From positions 2,112,001 through 2,176,000 of the forward strand of contig OY759746.1 in assembly GCA_963662795.1 (NCBI GenBank): 64,000 nt of DNA, read 5' to 3'. The notes under the pieces were generated by a model. It was not told the origin of the DNA and did no database searches. It was given only the letters and a program-made list of their open reading frames with translations. The position numbers and the translations under genes are program-made. This DNA comes from Spirochaetia bacterium. GTDB taxonomy: Bacteria > Spirochaetota > Spirochaetia > CADAEX01. Below, in pieces: positions 41,783 to 51,875 of the stretch; position 1 is the stretch's first letter; every line of letters begins with the position of its first letter.

Positions 41783-43057
41783 CATAGGTGTCCAAAACAA
41801 TCATAACAGCTCCAGTTGAAGATTGAAACTAGTTTTTTTAGTCTGTTCTGAAGGCGGTTTATTGAGAACAGTCCAGATATCTTTTCTTGATGTCAGTATT
41901 ACAGGAATCAATTTCATCAGTGAAAAATGAGTCCATTTTCTACATGAAAACATTTTAAGGAACTGAAGTAACAGAAAAGCAATTAGGGCAATCCAGATTT
42001 GTGTCATTACAGCATTTCTGGAAGTACCAAAGAATTTCTTGATCTTGAGGTTCTGTTTGATAGTTTTAAAAAATATTTCAATCTGCCATCTGTCTTTGTA
42101 AACAGCAGCAATTGTTGTTGGAGACCAAAGGAAATTATTGGTAAGAATTACAATATATTTACCGGTTTCAGGATCTCTGCTTCTGATTCGTCTTAATTTT
42201 AACGGGCATTTTTTACTGGTGTAAAATCCTTTCATTTCTATGATCTGATCAGATGTAATATTTTTAAAGGAGGAGGTATCTTTTCTCTGGACAATTTTAT
42301 AATCAGCATTCTTTTTTAACCTGGTAACAAAATAAATACCGGTATTACAATAATTTGCGAATAATTTAAAGTCAGTATAACCACGATCAAACGTGATGAC
42401 ATCGCCTTTGTTGAAAGCCATTTTTTTCAAGGAATTGACTTCATGTGTTTTTGCAGTTGTAACTGATACAAAAGCTGGAATATATCCACTATGGTCAAGT
42501 TTTACATTAAGTTTTATTCCGCCTTTATATTTTCTGAAATTTGCCCATGGAAAGAGATTTAAACACAAGTCAATAGTTGATGCATCAACACTGTAAAGAG
42601 GATTTTTAAATTTATGTTTATGCGCTCTCTTCATGGATAATATCTTATCAAGAAGATCAGTGAAAACATTTTCATAAACTTCACAGCTTCTATTATTATT
42701 TGCGTAAGATAATGTAGAGCGTTTTACCTTTTTTACACCCATATGATAAAGGTGGTTACTGATTGATTCAAAAGAGTTTTCAATGCCTCTTAACCCGGTC
42801 TGTCCTGAAAGTTGTGCAAAGAGCATGGAGACAAAATGCTGCCAACAGGTAAAACCTTTGGAAGCAAAGTCCCCTTTATGTTTTTTTACAGATTTTTCAA
42901 ATTCATGTCTCGGAATTATTTGTAGAATTTGTTTTAAAATGGTATTATTGTAACTCATTGCCTGATTTCCTTTTCCTGTAAAGAATTAGCCGTCCAAGCT
43001 TAATTCATTATAGTTGGGATTTCAGGCAATTAATAGTCCTTGTTTTGGACACCTATG
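41783..43057 (-). mobile_element. IS4 family IS, copy 2, 9-bp TSD aagtaagat
   Basis: Perfect IR cataggtgtccaaaacaa; TSD 41774-41782 / 43058-43066. Confidence 0.93.
41801..42958 (-). CDS. IS4 family transposase
   Basis: Nearly identical to 11369..12526. Confidence 0.95.
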   Translation of the reverse strand: MSYNNTILKQILQIIPRHEFEKSVKKHKGDFASKGFTCWQHFVSMLFAQLSGQTGLRGIENSFESISNHLYHMGVKKVKRSTLSYANNNRSCEVYENVFTDLLDKILSMKRAHKHKFKNPLYSVDASTIDLCLNLFPWANFRKYKGGIKLNVKLDHSGYIPAFVSVTTAKTHEVNSLKKMAFNKGDVITFDRGYTDFKLFANYCNTGIYFVTRLKKNADYKIVQRKDTSSFKNITSDQIIEMKGFYTSKKCPLKLRRIRSRDPETGKYIVILTNNFLWSPTTIAAVYKDRWQIEIFFKTIKQNLKIKKFFGTSRNAVMTQIWIALIAFLLLQFLKMFSCRKWTHFSLMKLIPVILTSRKDIWTVLNKPPSEQTKKTSFNLQLELL

Positions 43058-43417
43058 AAGTAAGATAATGAATTTAGTAAGAGATAATAAGAATAAAAAG
43101 GCTTATATTCATATAGATTTAGATGTTATAGATCCAAAATATTATAAAAATGTGAAGTGTCCTACTGAAAATGGCTTAAAAATATTTGAATTGACAGAAG
43201 CAATTGAATTGGTCAATAAAGAAATGGAAATAATAGGGTTAAGCATTGTGGAAAATACAGAAACTGAAAAGGCTAAAATCAAGAAATTGGAAAAAATAAT
43301 TAAACTTGGATTAAATATTTAATAACCTAAATCAAATTGAACATTAACTTTCTAAGAAAGAAGAGAGTCCGGCCTTGGCGTTGCCGTGCGGCCTGGACAA
43401 GAGCGGCTGGTACTGGA

Positions 43418-43587
43418 GCATAACAGAGGATAATGCGCTTCGCTCCCTTTGGTCGCTTGGGCTTCGCCACACATCGTAGATTTTGAACTACAACTTCTAT
43501 AAAAAATAAGTTTTGGAAGAAAAATATTGTAGCTTGAAATAATAATTCTTGGGCTACGATGCGTCGCTTATCCTCGGGACGTTATGC
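43418..43587 (+). repeat. Long attC, family A
   Basis: TAAC 43421 ... GTT 43581. Confidence 0.8.
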
Positions 43588-43637
43588 TCAATACCAGCCG
43601 CAAGAGGACGCCGCCCGGACCTCCGGCCGACGGGCGA

Positions 43638-43712
43638 AGAAAATAGAATCTGCTGTATAATATACTTTATACATAAACATATATAGATTTCTAGTTATTT
43701 AATATGTTAGAT
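43638..43712 (+). other. Putative internal attI-like docking site
   Basis: ctgTATAATatactttatacataaacatatatagatttctagttatttaatatGTT (43706). Confidence 0.65.
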
Positions 43713-43735
43713 TTATTTAGGAGGAAACCAATTAG

Positions 43736-44683
43736 ATGACAATCTCCAACGACGACAAAATATTGATAATTGGTGGTGGGGCAATCGGATTCTCTCTCGC
43801 TGTTCACCTAAAGCATTCGGGAAAAAAAGTTGCCGTAGTCCGTGTTAGTACTAAGCTAGAAGAAGCTACTACTCAGAAAGTATCTGTAGTGGACTTGAAC
43901 AATAAAACATTAGTGCAGGAAATAGACTGCTACTCGCTAGAAAGCATAGAGAAAATTCAAGGAACAGTTGTTGTCGCTACAAAAGCTAATGCAAACATTC
44001 AGATTGCTGATGTTTTAGAGAAGAATGCCCACGAAATAAATCTGGTGATAATGCAAAATGGAATTGGGGTAGAAAACCCTTTCTTAGAAAAAGAATTCCA
44101 TAGCATCTTCCGGTGCGTAGTATATATAACTGCAGAAAAGACAGGGCCAGAATCCTTTTCTGCTCGAATGATCAAACCATCTCCAATTGGAATTATTAGT
44201 GATAAAAAGGAACCTAAAGAAAGGCTTGCAACAATACTTTCTACAAACGGTCTATCTTTTTACGAAGAAGATAACATTGAAAAAGAAGTATGGAAGAAAG
44301 GAATCGTCAATGCTGTCTTCAATTCAATATGCCCATTAATTGAAGTTGATAATGGGATTTTTGCCCGAGATAACAATATCCTCGAACTAGCAAGAAAAAT
44401 AGTTATGGAATGTGTTCCCATTGCAGGCGAGCAAGGAATTTTATTAAACACTGAGGAAATTATTGACCAAATTATTCAAATCAGTAAACGTTCTACAGGA
44501 CAGCTAATCTCAACCCTTCAAGATATTCGTAAAAATCGGGAGACTGAAATAAATTTTCTGAATTTAGAAATATGTAGAATTGCTAAGACACTTACTCCTC
44601 CTATTAGCCTTCCAATAACAGAAGCCCTTGGGGAACTCATACTTAAGAAGTCAGAACAAAGAGTAAATGATGAAATGAAGTGA
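43736..44683 (+). CDS. panE: Ketopantoate reductase (ApbA/PanE family)
   Basis: IIGGGAIG, VATKA, MQNGIG, WKK.IVN, STLQDI...RETEI.FLN. Confidence 0.8.
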   Translation: MTISNDDKILIIGGGAIGFSLAVHLKHSGKKVAVVRVSTKLEEATTQKVSVVDLNNKTLVQEIDCYSLESIEKIQGTVVVATKANANIQIADVLEKNAHEINLVIMQNGIGVENPFLEKEFHSIFRCVVYITAEKTGPESFSARMIKPSPIGIISDKKEPKERLATILSTNGLSFYEEDNIEKEVWKKGIVNAVFNSICPLIEVDNGIFARDNNILELARKIVMECVPIAGEQGILLNTEEIIDQIIQISKRSTGQLISTLQDIRKNRETEINFLNLEICRIAKTLTPPISLPITEALGELILKKSEQRVNDEMK

Positions 44684-44785
44684 GTGTGTAACACGACCTT
44701 TAGGTTGCATACATGATCTCGGTAATTAGAATTCACAAAGGAAAAAGTTAAAATAGGTCATTTGAAAGATATGTTGCGATCAAAA

Positions 44786-44823
44786 ATCTAACAATCGCTT
44801 ACAGCTGAAGCGGAATGTTATAA
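44786..44823 (+). repeat. Internally deleted inner attC remnant
   Basis: AAATCTAAC complements GTTAGATTT; cgctt/aagcg arms; only about 32 bp. Confidence 0.6.
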
Positions 44824-44901
44824 AAATAAAAAATAGAAAAGGGAAAGAAGTCCAGCCTTGGCTCCGCCGTGCGGCCTGGACAAGAAGCGGCTGGTACTGG
44901 A

Positions 44902-45071
44902 GCATAACAGAGGATAATGCGCTTCGCTCCCTTTGGTCGCTTGGGCTTCGCCACACATCGTAGATTTTGAACAACAACTTCTATAAAAACAAGTTTTTGA
45001 AGAAAAATATTATAACTTTGAAATAATAATTCTTGGGCTACGATGCGTCGCTTATCCTCGGGACGTTATGC
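44902..45071 (+). repeat. Long attC, family A
   Basis: TAAC 44905 ... GTT 45065. Confidence 0.8.
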
Positions 45072-45171
45072 TCAATACCAGCCGCAAGAGGAAACCGCCC
45101 GGACCTCCGGCCCACGGGCGAAGAAGAATTATTTTAAAAAGTGAATTATAATAAACAAAATTACCAAAAAA

Positions 45172-45200
45172 TTGATTGCAAATATATATTATCATACAAT
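45172..45200 (+). promoter_or_regulatory. Sigma70-like promoter of the ncRNA-SLATT-RT operon
   Basis: TTGATT-17-TACAAT just upstream of the structured leader. Confidence 0.55.
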
Positions 45201-45208
45201 AAAATATT

Positions 45209-45338
45209 TATGGCCCTTTGTGTTTTCAACACAACTTCATTATATCTGAGGGATAACTATTTAATACAGAAATATCTGTTACCATAATTGGTAAGTCTTT
45301 TCGAAGGCGCTAAAGTACCGAATCCATGAAGGGCCATT
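45209..45338 (+). ncRNA. Putative RT-associated structured ncRNA (DRT10/UG17-like)
   Basis: Closing helix atggccctt/aagggccat enclosing 5 small hairpins (tgtgtt/aacaca, cttca/tgagg, acaga/tctgt, ttacca/tggtaa, gtctt-TTCG-aaggc). Confidence 0.65.
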
Positions 45339-45355
45339 TTTACAGGAGTTAAATA

Positions 45356-45907
45356 ATGAGTGATTATGCAGATCGTATTTGGAAAACTAAAAAAATTAGA
45401 ATTAATACTGAGTCTCGGTTATTAGAAAATTCAATAATTTATGAAATTATAATACCTTTATATTCATTATTTTTTATCTTGTTAGTTATATTACCAGGAG
45501 GAGAAGATAGTAATTGCATAAAAATATTCTCAATTGCTGGATCATTAATTATTTTGATAGCTTCCATAATTGCTTCTAATCAAAATTATCAATTACGGGC
45601 ATATAAAATGAAACAACATTATATTATGTTGGATAAACTATATATAAAAATTGTAAATACTAATGATGAAAATAAAAAAGAAAAAATATTTTATAAATAT
45701 TTAAAAGAATTAGAAAATGTGGAAAACCATATTGATTATGATTATAAAAAAACTATCATTTCTTTAAGAAAAGACAAAAATTGTACTTTTCCAAAACCTA
45801 CTTTTTCTGAAATGATATTGTTTTATATGATTATTATCAAAAGGTGGAGTATTATTGTATTTTTTCTAGGGATACCAGTAATAATAAGTGCAATTATAAT
45901 TTTATGA
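45356..45907 (+). CDS. SLATT domain membrane effector
   Basis: IWKTKKIRIN..SRL, two TM helices, RAYKMKQHY, ENH. Confidence 0.8.
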   Translation: MSDYADRIWKTKKIRINTESRLLENSIIYEIIIPLYSLFFILLVILPGGEDSNCIKIFSIAGSLIILIASIIASNQNYQLRAYKMKQHYIMLDKLYIKIVNTNDENKKEKIFYKYLKELENVENHIDYDYKKTIISLRKDKNCTFPKPTFSEMILFYMIIIKRWSIIVFFLGIPVIISAIIIL

Positions 45908-47213
45908 ATGCTTCAGAGATTTTTAAAAAAGAATTTACTACTACTAATCTTTTTCAAATTTACATTGATAAAATACAAAAAAATGCTACTGTTGGTACAG
46001 ATGGAGTAAGTTTAAAGAGGTTTGAAAAATATTTAACGCAAGAATTAATTTTAATAGAAAGAAAAGTTAAAAATTGTAAATACAAATACATCCCTTATAA
46101 ATGTATTTTAATTTTGCGTGGAATTAATAAAAAACCAAGAGTTGTTGAAAAACCAGCAATACGAGATAGATTAGTATTACGTGTTATTTTTAATATTCTA
46201 AATGAAGTTTACAAAAAAGATTTAGAAAAAAGAATGCTTCATTCGCAATTAAAACGTTTGATATACTCTGTTAATGAAAAAAAATACAATTATGTATTAC
46301 GCTATGATGTAGAAGATTTTTATCCATCAGTATCTCACTTATTATTAATGAAAATTATAAAGAAAAGAATACGAAATATAGAACTAAATCATTTAATCAT
46401 AAATGCTATTAAAAATGTTAATGATTTACAAAAAGCCAATAATATTGAAAGTAATGAAAAAGGAGTTCCACAAGGTCTTTCGATATCAAATGTATTATCA
46501 AATGTTTATTTAATCAATATTGATAAAAAATATGAAATACAAAATGATTTAGAATATTATAGATTTGTTGATGATATTTTAATACTTTGTCAACAAGACA
46601 AACATGCTAGAATTAATGATAATATAATCAATGATTTTAAAAAGCTTGGGCTGACTTTGCATAAAGATAGTAGTAAGCATTTTTCTAAGAGTATAGACGA
46701 ACCATTTGATTATTTGGGCTATACTTTTACATCTGGTAAAATTGGTGTAAGAAAGAAGAGTATAGAAAAAATAAGAGAAAGCATACTATCTTTGCTTTCA
46801 ACTCATAAATACAAAAAAATAAAAATACTGAATTGTTGATTTTCAAAATAAACATTAGAATTACTGGATGCATAATAAATAGTAATAAATATGGTTGGTT
46901 GTTTTATTTTTCTCAAATAAATGACGAAGCATTATTACATTCCTTGGATAATTTTGTAAGAAAACAATTAAAACGATTTAACATAGAAAATCAAAAAACA
47001 AAAAAATTTGTAAGAACTTGGAAAGAAATAAATAATAACTTTCATACAACAAATTATATACCAAATTATGATTTGATAACAAAAGAAAAGAAAGAAAAAA
47101 TTATCAAAATATATAATCTAAAATACTCCTTTTATGATATAGACGATATTTTTAAAAAAATTATTAATAGAGAAATTAAATATTTAGAAAAAGATATGGC
47201 TGGGTTATCGTAG
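45904..47213 (+). pseudogene. Reverse transcriptase (UG17/DRT10-like), frameshifted at A7 run 46813-46819
   Basis: GTDG, KPR...PAIRDRLVL, DVEDFYPS, GVPQGLSIS, YRFVDD, FDYLGY; C-terminal GWLFYFSQIND in the next frame. Confidence 0.8.
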
Positions 47214-47286
47214 TGTAAATTGTTTAAAATAAAAGTCCGGCCTTGGCTGTGCCGTGCGGCCTGGACAAGAAGCGGCTGGTACTAGA

Positions 47287-47456
47287 GCATAACAGAGGAT
47301 AAAGCGCTTCGCTCCCTTTGGTCGCTTGGGCTTTGCCACACATCGTAAGTTTTAAATTACAACTTCTATAAACAACAAGTTTTAGAAGAAAATATTACAA
47401 CTTTGAAAAATTCATTCTTGAACTACGATGCGTCGCTTATCCTCGGGACGTTATCC
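47287..47456 (+). repeat. Long attC, family A
   Basis: TAAC 47290 ... GTT 47450. Confidence 0.8.
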
Positions 47457-47505
47457 ACAATATCATCGCAAGAGAACGCCGCCCGGACCTCCGGCCAACG
47501 GGCGA

Positions 47506-47547
47506 AGAAAATAGAATCTGCTGTATAATATACTTTATAGTTAAGAT
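47506..47547 (+). other. attI-like site truncated by IS4
   Basis: aaaatagaatctgctgTATAATatactttat, then IS. Confidence 0.55.
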
Positions 47548-48822
47548 CATAGGTGTCCAAAACAAGGACTATTAATTGCCTGAAATCCCAACTATAATGA
47601 ATTAAGCTTGGACGGCTAATTCTTTACAGGAAAAGGAAATCAGGCAATGAGTTACAATAATACCATTTTAAAACAAATTCTACAAATAATTCCGAGACAT
47701 GAATTTGAAAAATCTGTAAAAAAACATAAAGGGGACTTTGCTTCCAAAGGTTTTACCTGTTGGCAGCATTTTGTCTCCATGCTCTTTGCACAACTTTCAG
47801 GACAGACCGGGTTAAGAGGCATTGAAAACTCTTTTGAATCAATCAGTAACCACCTTTATCATATGGGTGTAAAAAAGGTAAAACGCTCTACATTATCTTA
47901 CGCAAATAATAATAGAAGCTGTGAAGTTTATGAAAATGTTTTCACTGATCTTCTTGATAAGATATTATCCATGAAGAGAGCGCATAAACATAAATTTAAA
48001 AATCCTCTTTACAGTGTTGATGCATCAACTATTGACTTGTGTTTAAATCTCTTTCCATGGGCAAATTTCAGAAAATATAAAGGCGGAATAAAACTTAATG
48101 TAAAACTTGACCATAGTGGATATATTCCAGCTTTTGTATCAGTTACAACTGCAAAAACACATGAAGTCAATTCCTTGAAAAAAATGGCTTTCAACAAAGG
48201 CGATGTCATCACGTTTGATCGTGGTTATACTGACTTTAAATTATTCGCAAATTATTGTAATACCGGTATTTATTTTGTTACCAGGTTAAAAAAGAATGCT
48301 GATTATAAAATTGTCCAGAGAAAAGATACCTCCTCCTTTAAAAATATTACATCTGATCAGATCATAGAAATGAAAGGATTTTACACCAGTAAAAAATGCC
48401 CGTTAAAATTAAGACGAATCAGAAGCAGAGATCCTGAAACCGGTAAATATATTGTAATTCTTACCAATAATTTCCTTTGGTCTCCAACAACAATTGCTGC
48501 TGTTTACAAAGACAGATGGCAGATTGAAATATTTTTTAAAACTATCAAACAGAACCTCAAGATCAAGAAATTCTTTGGTACTTCCAGAAATGCTGTAATG
48601 ACACAAATCTGGATTGCCCTAATTGCTTTTCTGTTACTTCAGTTCCTTAAAATGTTTTCATGTAGAAAATGGACTCATTTTTCACTGATGAAATTGATTC
48701 CTGTAATACTGACATCAAGAAAAGATATCTGGACTGTTCTCAATAAACCGCCTTCAGAACAGACTAAAAAAACTAGTTTCAATCTTCAACTGGAGCTGTT
48801 ATGATTGTTTTGGACACCTATG
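47548..48822 (+). mobile_element. IS4 family IS, copy 3, no TSD
   Basis: IR cataggtgtccaaaacaa / ttgttttggacacctatg. Confidence 0.93.
47647..48804 (+). CDS. IS4 family transposase
   Basis: Identical protein to copy 2. Confidence 0.95.
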   Translation: MSYNNTILKQILQIIPRHEFEKSVKKHKGDFASKGFTCWQHFVSMLFAQLSGQTGLRGIENSFESISNHLYHMGVKKVKRSTLSYANNNRSCEVYENVFTDLLDKILSMKRAHKHKFKNPLYSVDASTIDLCLNLFPWANFRKYKGGIKLNVKLDHSGYIPAFVSVTTAKTHEVNSLKKMAFNKGDVITFDRGYTDFKLFANYCNTGIYFVTRLKKNADYKIVQRKDTSSFKNITSDQIIEMKGFYTSKKCPLKLRRIRSRDPETGKYIVILTNNFLWSPTTIAAVYKDRWQIEIFFKTIKQNLKIKKFFGTSRNAVMTQIWIALIAFLLLQFLKMFSCRKWTHFSLMKLIPVILTSRKDIWTVLNKPPSEQTKKTSFNLQLELL

Positions 48823-48828
48823 ATTTAA

Positions 48829-49248
48829 TATAATAAACTGTCTGTTCTTAATAGAATTAGAATAGATGGGAATGAAGCAGAAAAACTTGGAAAAGATGAT
48901 TATCTAAAAGATTATTTAAAAATACTAGAAGCAATTCTTTTTAGAAAACATATAGATTATATGATGGAAGATGAATATCGGTTTATATCTTTTTCAAAAA
49001 AGAAATACGATTTTATAAATATAGAAAACTGTATCAATGGTATAATTGTGTCGTTAAATAATTTAAAAGAATGGCAAGTAAACAAATATGTTGAATTTGC
49101 TGAAGAAAATAATATTGAATTATTGTTTATATCGTGGAGTCAAAAAGGTTTTGATTTAGAAGGATATAAAGAATACATAAGATTTTTAAATATAGTTCAA
49201 GAGATTTTTAATAACAGTACAGCAAATGAAAATATTAATAAGCTATAA
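48829..49248 (+). pseudogene. 5'-truncated gene fragment (DUF2971-like)
   Basis: Frame open from 48829; FRKHIDYMMEDEYRF motif; start lost next to the IS. Confidence 0.5.
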
Positions 49249-49307
49249 CATGTTTTAGTCCAGCCTTGGCTCCGCCGAGCGGCTTGGACAAGAAGCCTGG
49301 CCACTAC

Positions 49308-49499
49308 GTATAACAGCGATTATTTCGCTGCGCTCCCTGTGGTCGCTTGGGCTCCTGCCAGTTGAGCTGGCAGATCGCCATATTTTGTTTTCATAAAACC
49401 GGAACAACATGTGCTTTGTGCTCTTCAAGTTTGTAAAAACCAAATAAAAGTATTTTAGAGTTTAGTCACAAAACATCGAATAATCGCGAGACGTTCTCC
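49308..49499 (+). repeat. Long attC, family B
   Basis: TAAC 49311 ... GTT 49493. Confidence 0.8.
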
Positions 49500-49741
49500 G
49501 AAATACCGCCCCAAGATGCGATCGCCCGGACCTCCGGCCCACGGGCGAGGGAAGACGGGCAAACAATTGTGTCTAATTTTAAATCAAAAGTATCTTATCA
49601 GCATTAAAGGATTAGGATAATTAATCTAATGTAAAGAATGCTAAATAAATCTCAATAAATTATATTGAAATTAAAAAGATGTATTGTATATTAAGAGTTT
49701 TAAGTGTATACTGTTGAGTGTATACTTAAAGAGGTTGAATT

Positions 49742-49981
49742 ATGGAAATAAGCACAAAAGAGCTCAGAATAAAACCTGGTAGAATTATTGAAAAAGTCTC
49801 ACATGGACAGGAAGTTGTGGTAACTTTTAGAGGAAAAGCATTAGCTAGAATAGTTCCTATGGCTAATCACAACAAAAGTATTGACGAGAAAGAAGAACTT
49901 TTTGGATTATGGAAAAACCATAAAGATATTGAGAATGTTGATAAGTATGTAAGAAAGATGAGAAGAGGAAGAGAATTTTGA
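49742..49981 (+). CDS. Phd-type antitoxin (duplicate of 13867)
   Basis: Near-identical sequence. Confidence 0.85.
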   Translation: MEISTKELRIKPGRIIEKVSHGQEVVVTFRGKALARIVPMANHNKSIDEKEELFGLWKNHKDIENVDKYVRKMRRGREF

Positions 49982-50355
49982 TAATCGATACAGATGTTAT
50001 AATATGGTATCTAAGAGGAAATGAAAAAGCAAAAGAATTAATATATAAAAATATACCATTTAAAATGTCAGTAATAACTTATATGGAAATTGTGCAGGGG
50101 ATGAAAGATAAAAAAGAATTATTGATATTTCAGAAACATATAAGAAAATGGGATGTTGAAATAATACAAATAGATACTGAAATATCTTCAAGAGCAATGT
50201 TTTTTGTAGAAGATTATTTTTTAAGTCATTCAATGGAATTATCAGATGCATTAATTGCAGCGACAGGAATACAGACAAAAGATGTTATATTAACAGCAAA
50301 TGATAAACATTATAAATTTATCCCTAACATACAACTGGAAAAGTTTAAACCTTAG
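49978..50355 (+). CDS. vapC: VapC PIN toxin (duplicate of 14109)
   Basis: Identical protein. Confidence 0.9.
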   Translation: MIIDTDVIIWYLRGNEKAKELIYKNIPFKMSVITYMEIVQGMKDKKELLIFQKHIRKWDVEIIQIDTEISSRAMFFVEDYFLSHSMELSDALIAATGIQTKDVILTANDKHYKFIPNIQLEKFKP

Positions 50356-50408
50356 AACGCCCAAGCCTTGGCGGTGCCGTGCGGCTTGGAAGAGAGGGGC
50401 GGTACTTC

Positions 50409-50579
50409 CGAGAACAGAGGATAAAGCGCTTCGCTCCCTCTGGTCGCTTGGGCTTCGCCACACATCGTAGGTTTTGAACTACAACATTTATAAACAACAA
50501 GTGTTGGAAGAAGAATATTGCAGCTTTGAAATATTCATTCTTAGGCTACGATGCGTCGCTTATCCTCGGGACGTTATAT
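50409..50579 (+). repeat. Long attC, family A (same as 14540)
   Basis: GAAC 50412 ... GTT 50573. Confidence 0.8.
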
Positions 50580-51347
50580 GCAATACCGCTTAACTGTTTA
50601 TGGATTGAGATGAATAGTTTTCAATTGTGCAAACATTCCCATGCCCAAGAAAAGCCCGGCGTCCTGCCGGGCTTAAGAAAAAAGGACGGTTTAAAAAATA
50701 GATTATACTATTTTAATAAAATACTATTTAAAAATAGATAATAGAAATAAAAACGCAAAAAAAGTAAACCTGAAAAACCTTTTAAAAAAGGTTGTAGCTG
50801 AATAAAAAGATCAAATATTTTAAAGCAAATATACTTTTACAAATATAACCAATAAATTGTATTTGACAAAAATTGAAATTAATTAAGAACGGGCAAAAAA
50901 GACTGATTTTTAAGTTTAAATTTGTAAATATTGTAACTTATTATGGATTGATTTCAAAAAGGAAAAAATACTCTTAGATATTTATTATTTTAGTTTTGAT
51001 ACTTAATCTTAAAAGAAAAAAGAAGAATTACAGGCCAACAATTAAGAATTGTTTTGTAGTTAAAGTGCTAGCAGCTTTAGACTGAAGGAAAAAATATGCA
51101 AAATCGTGATCGTAAAATGCAAGCAAAGCAATAGATTTTCAGAGAAAAATAGATATGAAGAAATGACAATATTTTTAAAATACAATTAAAAAATATTACT
51201 ATATCCAGAGTACTGTAAATAAAAACTATAAAGAAAACGTCCGAATAGGGGAATTCACCCCGTTTACGCCGTCCTGGCTTCAACGGGAAGAGGGCATGGG
51301 AAAAAAAGGCAAAAAGACTGTAAAAGAATTGCGGTACTGCACATAAC
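50573..51347 (+). other. ORF-less cassette, copy 2
   Basis: Duplicate of 28120..28894. Confidence 0.75.
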
Positions 51348-51493
51348 AGCGAATGACCGGTTCCGGCTGTTTCTAAGGAAGCAGCCTCCGCCCAAATTGC
51401 CGAAATAATACATGTTAAGAATAATGGAAAAGAGTATAAACTTTTGGAGTGAAAACACCATCGGCAACTTCGGTCATTCGCGGGACGTTATAC
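51341..51493 (+). repeat. Long attC, family C
   Basis: TAAC 51344 ... GTT 51487. Confidence 0.8.
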
Positions 51494-51620
51494 GTAATGG
51501 CCAGGCAAGAGAAAATCGCCCGGACCTCCGGCCGACGGGCGAGGATATGCGGTATAATTATATTATTATCGAATAAAAATTGACAATTTTTGCATAATGT
51601 AATACAATATGTAATACGAG

Positions 51621-51875
51621 GTGCAAATTATGACTACTGTAAGATTAAATGATGATATTGATAACAAATTATCAGTATTAATTGAACTAGAAAGAGCAAC
51701 TAAAACAGAAATAATTAAAAAAGCAATAGCTGAGTATTATGAACAACATTTTTTGGAAAAAACGCCATATGAAGTCGGAAAAGATTTATTTGGGAAATAT
51801 GGAGATAATGAAGATTTATCGCAAACTTATAAGACAAAACTCAAGGAAAAGTTGAATGCAAAACATACTCATTGA
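51621..51875 (+). CDS. RHH/CopG antitoxin
   Basis: TTVRLND...TKTEIIKKAI; TTGACA promoter upstream. Confidence 0.8.
   Translation: MQIMTTVRLNDDIDNKLSVLIELERATKTEIIKKAIAEYYEQHFLEKTPYEVGKDLFGKYGDNEDLSQTYKTKLKEKLNAKHTH

Larger units (their letters stand above)
41217..43322 (+). pseudogene. Arginase family protein interrupted by IS4
   Basis: WFDAHGDLNTP, FHGMPL before the IS; YIHIDLDVIDP after it. Confidence 0.88.

Noticed and set aside
45904-47213. RT as group II (IIC-attC) intron, DGR or classical retron; RT as the cassette-making enzyme
   Set aside because: No intron domain V/VI or GUGYG boundaries, no TR/VR pair, no VTG motif. It is ordinary cargo with a SLATT partner and nothing links it to cassette genesis.
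41783-48822. Composite transposon formed by two inverted IS4 copies around panE and the RT system
   Set aside because: Copy 2 has its own 9-bp TSD inside arginase, and the outer flanks do not match, so these are independent insertions.
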